Position numbers and translations under genes: made by a program. From the NCBI GenBank assembly GCA_005889225.1, contig VBEW01000078.1, positions 703 through 64,702 on the forward strand: a DNA stretch of 64,000 nucleotides, given 5' to 3'. Origin of the DNA: Chloroflexota bacterium. GTDB lineage: Bacteria; Chloroflexota; Dormibacteria; CF-121. Below the pieces are notes generated by a model that did not search any database, was not told the origin of the DNA, and saw nothing but the letters and a program-made list of their open reading frames with translations. How positions within the stretch are numbered: position 1 is the stretch's first letter; each line of letters begins with the position of its first letter. Shown here piece after piece: positions 43,995-53,732 of this stretch.

Positions 43995-45210
43995 AGCCGG
44001 CGAGGCTGTCGCTGAACCGGAACGGCTGGAAATGGAGCCTCTGGAAGGGCTGTCGGCGCTCGTCGACAAGTCGCTGGTTCGGCCACTCGACCCCGCGGAC
44101 GGTCTTCCACGATTCGTCATGCTCGAGACGATTCGGCAGTTCGGTCAGGAAGCACTCTTGACTGAGGGCGAGCTTGATCCCACGCGTCGTCGTCACGGTG
44201 AATATTTCCTGAACCTCGTCCGGCAGGCCGAGGGACAGCTGACCGGAGAGGAGCAGGCTGGGTGGCTCGGGCAATGCGAGCGAGAGCTCGACAACCTCCG
44301 GGCGGCGCTGCGCTGGGCGATCGACGCCGGCGAAGCCGACCTCGGCCAAGAGGCGGCCGGGGCGCTATGGCGGTTCTGGCAACAGCACGGGCACCTGGCC
44401 GAGGGCCGCGGCTGGCTCAACGAGCTGCTGGCGATGCCATCAGGGCAGGGCAGGACAGCGGCCAGGGCGAAGGCGCTGACCGGCGCGGGCGGCATCGCCT
44501 GGTGGCAGATCGACCGCGACCGTGCCGGAGCGTTCTACGGCGAGGCACTTGCGATTGAACGCGAGCTGGGCGAGCCAGCACGAATTGCTGAGGCGCTATA
44601 TAACCAGGCCTTCGTCGCCGGGGCGTCCGGAGATGTTGACCGTTCAGCAGCCCTGCTCGAGGAGAGCCTCGATCTGTTCCGGGCCGCGGAAGTCGAGCAT
44701 GGCGTTGCTCGGGCTCTAGCGATGCTGGTGATGCGTGATGCTCAGGCCGGCGACTGGCAGAGCGCGATCGCAAGACTCGAAGAAGTCGTCGCGATCTGGC
44801 GCCGCCTGGGCGACCGTCTTCAGCTGGCGTTCGACCTGATCTGGCTTGCCTTCGCCTATGGTCGCGCCGGCCGCCCGCGCGAGGCCCGGTCGGCGGCGCT
44901 GGAGGCGCTGGCTTTGTTCCGTGAGGCCGGCAACGCGACCGGGATCGGGTTGGCGTTCCGGGACCTGGCCTTCCTGGCGGTGTGGGAGGGACGCCCCCAG
45001 GAAGCATTGAGGTTGGTGGGTGCGGCGGAATCCTTGCGGGATCGGATCGGCGGCGGTCCGCCACCTGGCTTCGGCGGCATGCTGGAAGGAGACCCGGCTG
45101 CTGAGGCGCGAGCGCAGCTCAGCGAGGACGAGGCGGAGCGATGCTGGCAGCAGGGACGCAGCATGGAGCTGGAGGAGGCGCTGACCCTGGCGCGCCGAGC
45201 CGAAGCCTGA
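43852..45210 (+). CDS. C-terminal segment (TPR-rich) of the same cyclase-ATPase regulator, in the +1 frame
   Basis: The +1 frame is open from 43852 and reads ...PEQSLFRRLSVFSGGWTLEA..., the conserved continuation of this protein family. The first ATG is at 44032. TPR-like repeats run to the stop. Confidence 0.6.
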   Translation, partial: RRNRCCLVSRAVSPCWLLAVERCPDDIDKPEQSLFRRLSVFSGGWTLEAGEAVAEPERLEMEPLEGLSALVDKSLVRPLDPADGLPRFVMLETIRQFGQEALLTEGELDPTRRRHGEYFLNLVRQAEGQLTGEEQAGWLGQCERELDNLRAALRWAIDAGEADLGQEAAGALWRFWQQHGHLAEGRGWLNELLAMPSGQGRTAARAKALTGAGGIAWWQIDRDRAGAFYGEALAIERELGEPARIAEALYNQAFVAGASGDVDRSAALLEESLDLFRAAEVEHGVARALAMLVMRDAQAGDWQSAIARLEEVVAIWRRLGDRLQLAFDLIWLAFAYGRAGRPREARSAALEALALFREAGNATGIGLAFRDLAFLAVWEGRPQEALRLVGAAESLRDRIGGGPPPGFGGMLEGDPAAEARAQLSEDEAERCWQQGRSMELEEALTLARRAEA

Positions 45211-45310
45211 GCGATGGACCGATGAATTTGACCGCAGGCGACGGTCTTAAGGTTGTTACTGGGAGCAGACCAAGTCTTGGAACTCCGCGGTTGCGATAGG
45301 AGGCATCGAG

Positions 45311-45865
45311 ATGGACCAGAAGAACCTCGACATATACGGCAGCGAGCCCATCCCCTGGTCGCGTGCGCTCAAGGAACTCGAGGCGGCCAGCAGGAAGCCG
45401 TCCGGGGAGGCAGCCGCCCACAAAACGTGGTGGCTGGCCACGGTTCGCCCCGACGAGCGGCCGCACGTCGCTGGGGTGGGCGCACTGTGGGCCGACGGCA
45501 GATTGTATTTCACGAGTGGCGCCGGGACGCGCAAAAGCCGGAACCTGGCCGTGAATCCGAACTGCGTCATCTCAGTAGCTCTCAGCGGGCTCGACCTCGT
45601 GGTGGAGGGTACTGCCCACTTGGTGACCGACGAGCCGACGCTCCGTCGCCTCGCGGAACTCTACAACGCGCAGGGATGGCCGGCGAGCGTCAGTGACGGC
45701 GCCCTAACCGCCGACTACAGCGCACCGAGCGCGGGGCCCGCGCCGTGGAACCTCTACGTCATGACCCCGTCGACCGCCTTCGGTGTGGCCACAGCCGAAC
45801 CATTCGGCGCGACCCGCTGGCGTTTCGAGCCGTCACGCGTCGAATCGCTCCAGTTCAAGACTTGA
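45311..45865 (+). CDS. pyridoxamine 5'-phosphate oxidase-family protein
   Basis: A split-barrel family protein (TWWLATVRPDERPHVAGVGALWADGRLYFTSG) behind an AGGAGG RBS. Confidence 0.7.
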   Translation: MDQKNLDIYGSEPIPWSRALKELEAASRKPSGEAAAHKTWWLATVRPDERPHVAGVGALWADGRLYFTSGAGTRKSRNLAVNPNCVISVALSGLDLVVEGTAHLVTDEPTLRRLAELYNAQGWPASVSDGALTADYSAPSAGPAPWNLYVMTPSTAFGVATAEPFGATRWRFEPSRVESLQFKT

Positions 45866-45909
45866 CATTCCGGGATCAGGGTTCACGATTAACGACAACC
45901 GGGAAGAGG

Positions 45910-46878
45910 ATGAGCACAATCAAAGAGGCAAAGCTGGCCGCGACAGCGCCTGTGCCGGGGATGAACAAGGCATTCGGACCGCTGAAGCAGGCCGATGCTG
46001 GTGTGTTGAATATTGGATACGCGGAAGTGGGCCCCTCGAATGGTCGCCTGGTCGTGCTGCTGCACGGCTGGCCCTACGACATTCATAGCTTTGTCGAGGT
46101 CGTGCCCGTGCTGGCATCGGCGGGCTACCGGGTGATCGTCCCGTATCTGCGGGGGTATGGGACGACCCGCTTTCTATCCGGTGAGACCTTCCGCAATGCC
46201 CAGCAATCGGCGGTTGCTCTCGACATCATCGCGCTCATGGACGCGCTGCGGATCGAGACGGCGATCGTCGCCGGGTTTGATTGGGGCGCTCGCACGGCGA
46301 ACGTCATCGCCGCACTCTGGCCACAACGCTGCAGGGCGCTCGTCGCCGTGGGCGGCTACATAATCACAAGCCTTCAGGCCAACCGCCAGCCGTTGCCTCC
46401 CCAGGCCGAATACGGATGGTGGTACCAGTACTATTTCGCCACTGAACGCGGCCGGCTTGGCTACAGCAAATACACGCGCGAGTTCAACAAGCTCATCTGG
46501 AAGCTGGGGTCGCCGAAATGGGCCTTCGACGATGCCACCTTCGACCGCACCGCCGACGCATTCGACAACCCGGATCACGTCGACATCGTCATCCACAATT
46601 ACCGCTGGCGCCTTGGCCTGGCTCAAGGCGAGCCGCGCTATGACGATCTCGAGCAGAAGCTGTCTGAAGAACCGGTCATCCGGGTGCCCACCATCACCAT
46701 TGGCAGCGATTTCGACGGACCGCGGGCGGACGGGACAACCTACCGCGCGAAGTTTTCGGGCAAGTATTCCCACCGCATCCTGAAGGACATCGGTCACAAC
46801 GTGCCCCAAGAAGCGCCGCAGGCCTTAGCCCAGGCGGTTATGGACGCCGAAGCGTTAGCCAGGGAGGATTCACAATGA
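45910..46878 (+). CDS. alpha/beta hydrolase (epoxide-hydrolase-like)
   Basis: ATG at 45910 behind GGGAAGAGGA; reads HGWPYD...GFDWGAR. Confidence 0.8.
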   Translation: MSTIKEAKLAATAPVPGMNKAFGPLKQADAGVLNIGYAEVGPSNGRLVVLLHGWPYDIHSFVEVVPVLASAGYRVIVPYLRGYGTTRFLSGETFRNAQQSAVALDIIALMDALRIETAIVAGFDWGARTANVIAALWPQRCRALVAVGGYIITSLQANRQPLPPQAEYGWWYQYYFATERGRLGYSKYTREFNKLIWKLGSPKWAFDDATFDRTADAFDNPDHVDIVIHNYRWRLGLAQGEPRYDDLEQKLSEEPVIRVPTITIGSDFDGPRADGTTYRAKFSGKYSHRILKDIGHNVPQEAPQALAQAVMDAEALAREDSQ

Positions 46879-47903
46879 AGGCGAAAGAACTGTCGCTGGC
46901 CGCGCTCCATCCCGGCTCCATCTGGGCTGGTGAAGGGCGCTCCGGTCGGATGCCGCCGCTCGCCGGGGCCACCGGGTGGCTCAACTCGCCGCCATTGACC
47001 CCGGATGACCTGCAGGGAAAGGTCGTGCTGATCGATTTCTGGACATACACCTGCATCAACTGGCTCCGCACGCTGCCCTATGTCCGGGCCTGGGCCGAAA
47101 AGTACAAGGACCGCGGCCTGGTGATGATCGGCGTCCACACCCCGGAATTCCCCTTCGAGAAAAACGTCGACAACGTTCGCCGAGCCGCCAGGGACATGCG
47201 GGTGGAATATCCGATCGCGCTCGACAGCGACTATCGGATCTGGGAGGCGTTTGAGAACCACTACTGGCCGGCCCTCTATTTCGTCGATGCCCATGGGATG
47301 ATTCGACATCACCAATTTGGCGAGGGCGACTACGAGGAGTCGGAGCGTGTCATCCAGCGATTGCTGGCCGAGGCGGGGGTCGATGGGGTCGACCAGGCGC
47401 TGGTTTTAGTCGAGGGCCAGGGCGCCGAAGCCGCCGCCGATTGGAGCAGCCTGCAGTCCGCGGAGAACTATCTCGGCTACGAGCGCACGGAGAACTTTGC
47501 CTCTCCCGGCGGCGCTGCGCCGGAGGAACCTCGCGTCTACGCGGTTCCCGAACGCCTACCGCTCAATCACTGGGCGCTCGCGGGCGACTGGACGCTGCAG
47601 CCCGGGGCCGTCCACCTGAACCAGACCAACGGCGGCCGGATCGCCTACCGCTTTCATGCCCGCGATCTGCACCTCGTGATGGGACCGGCGCGAGCCGGGA
47701 CGTCTGTCCCGTTTCGCGTCCTCATCGATGGACGCCCGCCGGACGCGGCGCAAGGCGTTGACGTCGACGAGCAGGGCCAGGGCGCCATGAGCGAACCGCG
47801 GATGTATCAGCTGATCCGGCAACGGAAGGCGATCACCGATCGGCGGTTCGAGATCGAGTTTCTCGACTCCGGCGTTGAGGCGTTTGTATTCACGTTCGGG
47901 TGA
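46875..47903 (+). CDS. thioredoxin-like (redoxin/TlpA-like) protein with DipZ-type C-terminal domain
   Basis: ATGA start-stop overlap with the upstream gene. The active site reads WTYTCINWLRTLP. Confidence 0.7.
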   Translation: MKAKELSLAALHPGSIWAGEGRSGRMPPLAGATGWLNSPPLTPDDLQGKVVLIDFWTYTCINWLRTLPYVRAWAEKYKDRGLVMIGVHTPEFPFEKNVDNVRRAARDMRVEYPIALDSDYRIWEAFENHYWPALYFVDAHGMIRHHQFGEGDYEESERVIQRLLAEAGVDGVDQALVLVEGQGAEAAADWSSLQSAENYLGYERTENFASPGGAAPEEPRVYAVPERLPLNHWALAGDWTLQPGAVHLNQTNGGRIAYRFHARDLHLVMGPARAGTSVPFRVLIDGRPPDAAQGVDVDEQGQGAMSEPRMYQLIRQRKAITDRRFEIEFLDSGVEAFVFTFG

Positions 47904-47908
47904 CGCGG

Positions 47909-48901
47909 CTACGTTCGGGTGATTCCGACAGGGTGGGTCGGAAGGGCCTGGTGGCTTAGCTCGTACCAACGGAGGACCCGCAGCGCGCGCAGCGTGTTCC
48001 ACCGGCTGGGACGACCATCGCCGTCCTCGAGCGCGAATTGGACCGCGCCGGGATAGGTGTTTTCCAGAAGCCACGTGCCGTCAGACTGCTGCTTGGATCG
48101 GAGCAAATCAATCGCTTCGGCCACGCGCGGGTCCGGGGGATCCCCAGCCGCCTGGAAGTACTCCAGAGCACGCAGCACGTCGTAGTGCCAGCGGGTGGGA
48201 AACGAGAATTGCAGCCAGGCGGGGTCGACGACGGTACCGGTGCTCTTACGCCGAAACAACCTCCGTTCGAGGAAGTACTCCTCTCCCCGGCGGCGAGTCG
48301 CGATGGATTCCGCCGAGCCGCCAGTTGCGCGCTCGTGGGCCAACAGCCCTTCCAGGACTCTGATTGTGGTATGGAAGGAAGAGCGAACCGAACCGTTCTC
48401 CACTTCGCAGTTCCACCCTCCATCCTCGAGCTGCTCACCGAGGAGCCGGGCGACCACGCCATCGACATCTTGATCGAAGTAGGCACCGAGCACGACGGTC
48501 ATACCGTTGATGCACGGCTCAACTTCGCCGCTAAAGAACGGCTGGCCGGCGTGCTCCCAACGGCAGTGTTCTCGGACCTGCGCCACTGCCCGGCGCACGA
48601 TGCCAGAGTGGGGGTCGACACCGAAGTCGCGCAGGAGGACGAGAGTGTATGCAGTGGCATTCCAGGGTTGGCCCTTGGGTTGCTCGCCTTTACCTGATTT
48701 AGCCCTCTGCGCGGGGAATAACGCGCCTCCCGCCCACTGGCCGTCTTCGCCTTGCAAGGCCAGCAGCCGGGCACCCCACCCTTCGGTCGCCACGCGGGCG
48801 CGCTCCGCCGCGACGATTTCTGCCGGCGCATCGGCAAGATCGCGCAACACCTGCCAGCGGATGGCAGGGTCGGAGTCGAGCAGCCAGTCCAGTACGGCCA
48901 C
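47909..48901 (-). CDS. hypothetical protein (possible alpha/alpha-toroid, prenyltransferase/cyclase-like repeats)
   Basis: A 330-aa ORF with repeated QW/DG-W motifs (GEDGQWAGG; LEDGGWNCE; QQSDGTWLL). Confidence 0.5.
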   Translation of the reverse strand: MAVLDWLLDSDPAIRWQVLRDLADAPAEIVAAERARVATEGWGARLLALQGEDGQWAGGALFPAQRAKSGKGEQPKGQPWNATAYTLVLLRDFGVDPHSGIVRRAVAQVREHCRWEHAGQPFFSGEVEPCINGMTVVLGAYFDQDVDGVVARLLGEQLEDGGWNCEVENGSVRSSFHTTIRVLEGLLAHERATGGSAESIATRRRGEEYFLERRLFRRKSTGTVVDPAWLQFSFPTRWHYDVLRALEYFQAAGDPPDPRVAEAIDLLRSKQQSDGTWLLENTYPGAVQFALEDGDGRPSRWNTLRALRVLRWYELSHQALPTHPVGITRT

Positions 48902-49037
48902 ACGCCGAGTCTAGCGGCCGGGGCCGCTTCAACGATGGCCCGGTGAATGCAGGCGCAATAGCCGTTCCGGGCCGATGAGTTCGGAACTGCGGCCGGGTCT
49001 TATTGTTTGAACCCGATCACTGAAAAGGAGACCGACG

Positions 49038-49481
49038 ATGAAGGAATTCCAGTCGCTAATCGGCGAATGGCACGGCGAAGGAGAGGTCCCAATGGAACCT
49101 CCGATGAGGATCTCCATGCAGGCGAAGATCGAGCGCCTCGGCGAGTTCATCGTCTTTAGCTCGGTGGGCGAGCCCGCGGACGTGCCCGACAGCGTCTCGA
49201 TCATCGGCGGCGCTCCCGAAGGTGAGCCGCAGCCGATGCACTACTTCGACTCTCGAGGGGTCAAGCGGCTGTTCATGATGGCCCTCGAAGGCTCCACCTG
49301 GAAGATCTGGCGGGCTCCCGGCGAGGATTGGAAGGGCCCCCACGGCCCCGGCTTCAACCAGCGCTTCATCGGCGAGATCTCGGCTGATGGCAAGACGATC
49401 GAAGGCCGGTGGGAGCGCGGCACGGGGGACGCCGGCGATGAGTGGGAGATCGACTTCCCGATCAACTACTTCCGCAAGTAG
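49038..49481 (+). CDS. hypothetical protein
   Basis: A 147-aa ORF behind an AAGGAG RBS. Confidence 0.5.
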   Translation: MKEFQSLIGEWHGEGEVPMEPPMRISMQAKIERLGEFIVFSSVGEPADVPDSVSIIGGAPEGEPQPMHYFDSRGVKRLFMMALEGSTWKIWRAPGEDWKGPHGPGFNQRFIGEISADGKTIEGRWERGTGDAGDEWEIDFPINYFRK

Positions 49482-49579
49482 CGCAGCACGCTCTTGGGCG
49501 TGATCGCCAAGGACGTTGTTGACAGCGTCGAGGGTACACCGATCGCCCGCGATGGCTTGGCTCTCGGCATAATCGAACA

Positions 49580-49957
49580 GTGGAACCAAGGGAGATCGTT
49601 GCCGAGCTCTGGCGTCGAATTCAGTCGCGTGACTGGGATGCCGTTCGCGATCTGCTCGCCGATGACTTCGTCCTCGAATGGCCCAACGCACGAGTTCGCA
49701 TTCGCGGCCGAGCGAACTTCGTCGGGTTCAACCGCAGCTACCCGGAAGGCTGGTCGATCGAGGTCCTCCGAATCGTTGCTGCCGGAAATATTGCGGTCTC
49801 AGAGGTGCGTGTCCCTCATCCCACCGTGGGTCCGCACTATGCACTCTCGTTCCTCGAAGTCGAAGGCGGCCAACTTGTGCGCGGCCGCGAATATTGGGTC
49901 GAGGAGCGCTACGAGAAACCAGCCCCAGATCGCGCCCGCTGGTTCGAGCCGCTGTGA
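49580..49957 (+). CDS. SnoaL-like/NTF2-fold protein
   Basis: GTG start; reads AELWRRIQSRDWDAVRDLLADDFVLEWP. Confidence 0.5.
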   Translation: MEPREIVAELWRRIQSRDWDAVRDLLADDFVLEWPNARVRIRGRANFVGFNRSYPEGWSIEVLRIVAAGNIAVSEVRVPHPTVGPHYALSFLEVEGGQLVRGREYWVEERYEKPAPDRARWFEPL

Positions 49958-49992
49958 GGCGTCACGGTGCCGGCTAAAGAGAGCGGGTCGGC

Positions 49993-50411
49993 TCAGCGCA
50001 TCTCGTTGATGCGGATCAGGTTGCCAGCGGGATCGCGGAAGGCGCAGTCGCGAACCCCATACGGCTGCGCGGTCGGCTCCTGGACGACTTCGGCGCCGCT
50101 GGCCTGCACCCGTGCGAAGGTGCCGTCGAGGTCGGCTGTGGCCAGGATGATGGCGGCGTAGCTGCCCTTGGCCATCATCTCGACGATGGTGCGGCGCTCG
50201 TCGTCGGTGACGGGGCCGGGGCCGACGGCCGCCGGGTGCAGGACGATGGACGTGCCGGGCTGGCCGGCGGGGCCGACCGTGATCCAGCGCTTGCCGCCGT
50301 ATCCGACCTGGTTGCGGACTTCAAAGCCGAGGGTGTCGCGATAGAAGGCCAGGGATGCGTCCGGATCGTCGTGCGGGAGAAAGGTGGCGTGAATCGTGAG
50401 GTCCATGGCAG

Positions 50412-50415
<4 letters not shown>
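49993..50415 (-). CDS. VOC-family protein
   Basis: The C-terminus reads YGVRDCAFRDPAGNLIRINEM. Confidence 0.7.
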
Positions 50416-50912
<497 letters not shown>

Positions 50913-50965
50913 TTACAATGCTATAAAAAGAAATAGGTGCAGGCGGTACCCCGACCAGTTCGGTG

Positions 50966-51376
50966 TCACCGCTTCTGGCTGAATCGCACTATATTGCCCG
51001 ATGGGTCGCGAAATGCGCAGTCGCGAACGCCGTAGCCCTGGTCCATCGGCTCCTGGAGCACCTCCGCCCCGGCTCGGCATACGTGCTCGAAGGTGGCGTC
51101 GCAGTCGTCGGTAGCGAAGATGACGGCGCGCAGCATGCCCTTGGCCAGGAGCTCCGACATCACCTGCTTGTCCTGCGGTGGGGCGTTCGGATTGGCCGTC
51201 GCCCGCTCGAGCACGATGTTGACGTCGGGCTGCGTCTTCGGGCTCACCGTCAACCAGGGCATGCCCTCGTCCTTGGTGTCGTTGCGAACCTCGAGACCAA
51301 GAACGTCGCGGTAGAATGCCAGGGCTTCGGGGTGGTCGTGGACGGCAATAAAGCAGTGCGAGACTTTCAATTCCAT
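50966..51376 (-). CDS. VOC-family protein
   Basis: The start is set at MELKVSHCFIAVHDHPEALAFYRDVLG. The longer ORF would overlap the divergent VOC gene. The C-terminus is almost identical in motif to the 49993 VOC gene (YGVRDCAFRDPSGNIVRF). Confidence 0.7.
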   Translation of the reverse strand: MELKVSHCFIAVHDHPEALAFYRDVLGLEVRNDTKDEGMPWLTVSPKTQPDVNIVLERATANPNAPPQDKQVMSELLAKGMLRAVIFATDDCDATFEHVCRAGAEVLQEPMDQGYGVRDCAFRDPSGNIVRFSQKR

Positions 51377-51538
51377 GTCTCTCACGTTAGGTAGGTCGCG
51401 CGGGCGATGCTTCTCTATTCCTGACCGATGTGGGGCGTATTCTTGAGACCCGTCAGAAATCAAGAAGCCATCGCGGAGCGCGGGGCCTAGGCTGATGGTA
51501 TGACGTGCCAACGCCGCGAATTGCAGAGGAGGAAACCA

Positions 51539-51952
51539 ATGCAGATCAAACTGACCAGCATTTACGTCGACGACCAGGACAAGGCCTTGCGCTTCTACAC
51601 CCAAGTGGCCGGCTTCGTGAAAAAGGCGGACGTTTCGCAGGGGGGGTATCGGTGGCTCACCGTGGCGTCGCCCGAAGAGCCGGATGGCACCGAGCTGCAA
51701 CTCGCGCGCAACGACAACGCCGCGGCCAAGGCCTACCAGGAGGCGCTCTTTCAGCAGGGCCAGCCCGCAGCCATGTTCTTCACAGACGACGTCCAGCGCG
51801 ACTACGAGCGGATGAAAGCGGCTGGCGCCGAATTCACGATGCCGCCCACCAAGGTGACAGGCTCGACCATCGCTCAGACGAATGACACGTCTGGCAACCT
51901 GATCCAGATCGCGCAGCTGGACCGAGTACGAATCGGAGCGGGGCGCCGGTAA
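51539..51952 (+). CDS. VOC-family protein
   Basis: ATG behind a GGAGGA RBS; reads MQIKLTSIYVDDQDKALRFYTQVAGF. Confidence 0.7.
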   Translation: MQIKLTSIYVDDQDKALRFYTQVAGFVKKADVSQGGYRWLTVASPEEPDGTELQLARNDNAAAKAYQEALFQQGQPAAMFFTDDVQRDYERMKAAGAEFTMPPTKVTGSTIAQTNDTSGNLIQIAQLDRVRIGAGRR

Positions 51953-51997
51953 GCCGGTCGAAGGCATACAACAGGGAGCAGCGGGTCGCGCCGGGAC

Positions 51998-52186
51998 GTG
52001 TCAACGTCTGGGAGGGCGCGGCCCGTCGCCCTGTGTTCGACTGCGTTGCTGCGGGACTCCAGAGCGCGCCGCCTGCTCGCCGGCCTGGCCGTCTCATCAT
52101 TGGGCGACGGGATGAGCATCGTCACCATCGCCTGGCTCGCGCTGGCGATCGCGCCATCCGGCGACGCCGGCGTCTACGTCGGCTAG
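51998..52186 (+). pseudogene. N-terminal fragment of an MFS transporter (remnant)
   Basis: Reads RRLLAGLAVSSLGDGMSIVTIAWLALAIAP, a typical MFS first transmembrane helix, and stops after 62 aa. Confidence 0.3.
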
Positions 52187-52326
52187 CACGGGGGTCGGCG
52201 GTAGGTACAGGATTCCGGGCAACACGAACCCTGCGACGTCAACCGGCCGTCACACTCGGCTCAGCGATCGCTGCGAAGATAACCGAATGGGACCAGTTCC
52301 CGGACGGGGCCGAGGCGAGCGAGCGC

Positions 52327-53586
52327 GTGGCTGACGCCCGCGTCGATCCTGGGCGAGCCCATGGCGCCCATCCGGTCACTCCGCTGGAGCTCTTCTTCGA
52401 CCTCGTCGTGGTCTTCGCCATTACCCAGGTGTCGAGCTTCTTATCGCGTCGTCCGACGCTGGGCGGCCTGTTCGAAGGGCTGCTCCTGCTGGGCGCCATT
52501 TGGTGGGCCTGGTCTGGCTACGCCTGGCTCACGAACATGCTCGATCCCGAGGAAGGCGTTGTCCGGCTGGCGATGCTTGCGGCGATCGGCGCGATGCTTG
52601 TCATGTCCCTTGCCGCGCCCGGAGCCTTCGGGTCGGACGCCGTCACGTTCGCCATCGCTTATGCCGTCGTGCGCGCATTTCAGCTCGTGCTCTTGGCCAT
52701 CGCTGCTCGCGGTGATCGAGAACTCATGCGCGCCGTCGCGCGGCTCGTCCCGGCCGCCGCCCTTGCCACCGTCATGCTGGTCGCCGCCGGATTGGTCCAG
52801 GGTTGGGAGCGGCTGGCGCTCTGGTGCGCGGCGCTGCCCATCCTCTACCTGGCTCCGCTGCTGGGGCACATGCGCGGATGGCGCGTCTCGCCGGAGCACT
52901 TCGTCGAGCGTTTCGGGCTGATCATTATCATCGCTCTCGGCGAATCCATCGTGGCGATCGGCGTCGGCGCGGCCGGACTCCCTCTCGATGCCGGCGTGAT
53001 CGTCGCCGCCCTCCTCGGGATCACCGTCGTGGCATGCCTCTGGTGGGCCTACTTCGACTGGGTCGTCTATGTCGCCCAGGCGCGGCTGGCCGAAGCCATG
53101 GGACCCGCACGCGCGGCGCTCGCGAGAGACGCGTATTCCTACTTGCACCTTCCGATGGTGGGGGGCATCGTTCTCTTCGCGTTTGGGCTGAAGACGACGC
53201 TCGCCGACGCGAGCGGTGCGCTCGCGGTTATTCCGGCACTCGGCCTGTGCGGTGGGGTCGCGCTCTACTTCGTGGCGCACATCGCCTTCCGCTTGCGGAT
53301 CGGTGGAGGCTTCGGGCGAGGCCGGCCGGTCGCGACCGTTCTGCTGCTGGCGCTGATCCCGGCCGCAACCATGATCCCTGCCCTGCTCGCGCTCGGCCTG
53401 GTCGCGGCGGTCTGCGTCGGCCTCATCGTCTACGAGGTCTTCCGGCACCGACAGGCTCGCGCCTGGATCCGGAGCCGACGTGGCGCCTTCACCACGGAAG
53501 AGGCCCTGGCCGTCCAGAGGAGCCGAGGCCGGGGGCGGCGCCGCCAGCCAGGTCATGATGGTGCTGAAGATTCGATTCGCGAATGA
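52327..53586 (+). CDS. low-temperature-requirement protein A (LtrA)-family membrane protein
   Basis: The probable GTG start at 52327 is uncertain. Reads VTPLELFFDLVVVFAITQ, with about ten transmembrane segments. Confidence 0.65.
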   Translation: MADARVDPGRAHGAHPVTPLELFFDLVVVFAITQVSSFLSRRPTLGGLFEGLLLLGAIWWAWSGYAWLTNMLDPEEGVVRLAMLAAIGAMLVMSLAAPGAFGSDAVTFAIAYAVVRAFQLVLLAIAARGDRELMRAVARLVPAAALATVMLVAAGLVQGWERLALWCAALPILYLAPLLGHMRGWRVSPEHFVERFGLIIIIALGESIVAIGVGAAGLPLDAGVIVAALLGITVVACLWWAYFDWVVYVAQARLAEAMGPARAALARDAYSYLHLPMVGGIVLFAFGLKTTLADASGALAVIPALGLCGGVALYFVAHIAFRLRIGGGFGRGRPVATVLLLALIPAATMIPALLALGLVAAVCVGLIVYEVFRHRQARAWIRSRRGAFTTEEALAVQRSRGRGRRRQPGHDGAEDSIRE

Positions 53587-53732
53587 GGACCTGTCTACGC
53601 GGTTTTCTCAATGCCCTACTGGAGAAGGCGGAAGGAACGCGTTCTGGAAACATGGAGATCTCGACGTGAGGGCGCAGACATCTAGGTCACGGAATTCATG
53701 ACCGCCATCGGGCTGCGGCCTGGGGAGAGGAC

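Noticed and set aside
51377-51967. A 197-aa N-terminal extension of the 50966 VOC ORF.
   Set aside because: It would overlap the divergent VOC gene (51539..51952) entirely. The VOC domain begins at MELKVSH (51376).
52441-53556. A 371-aa ORF antisense to ltrA, plus the +2-frame ORF 52361..52921 starting MAPIRSLRW.
   Set aside because: The LtrA frame carries the conserved VTPLELFFDLVVVF N-terminal motif and transmembrane helices. The alternatives are low-complexity artefacts.
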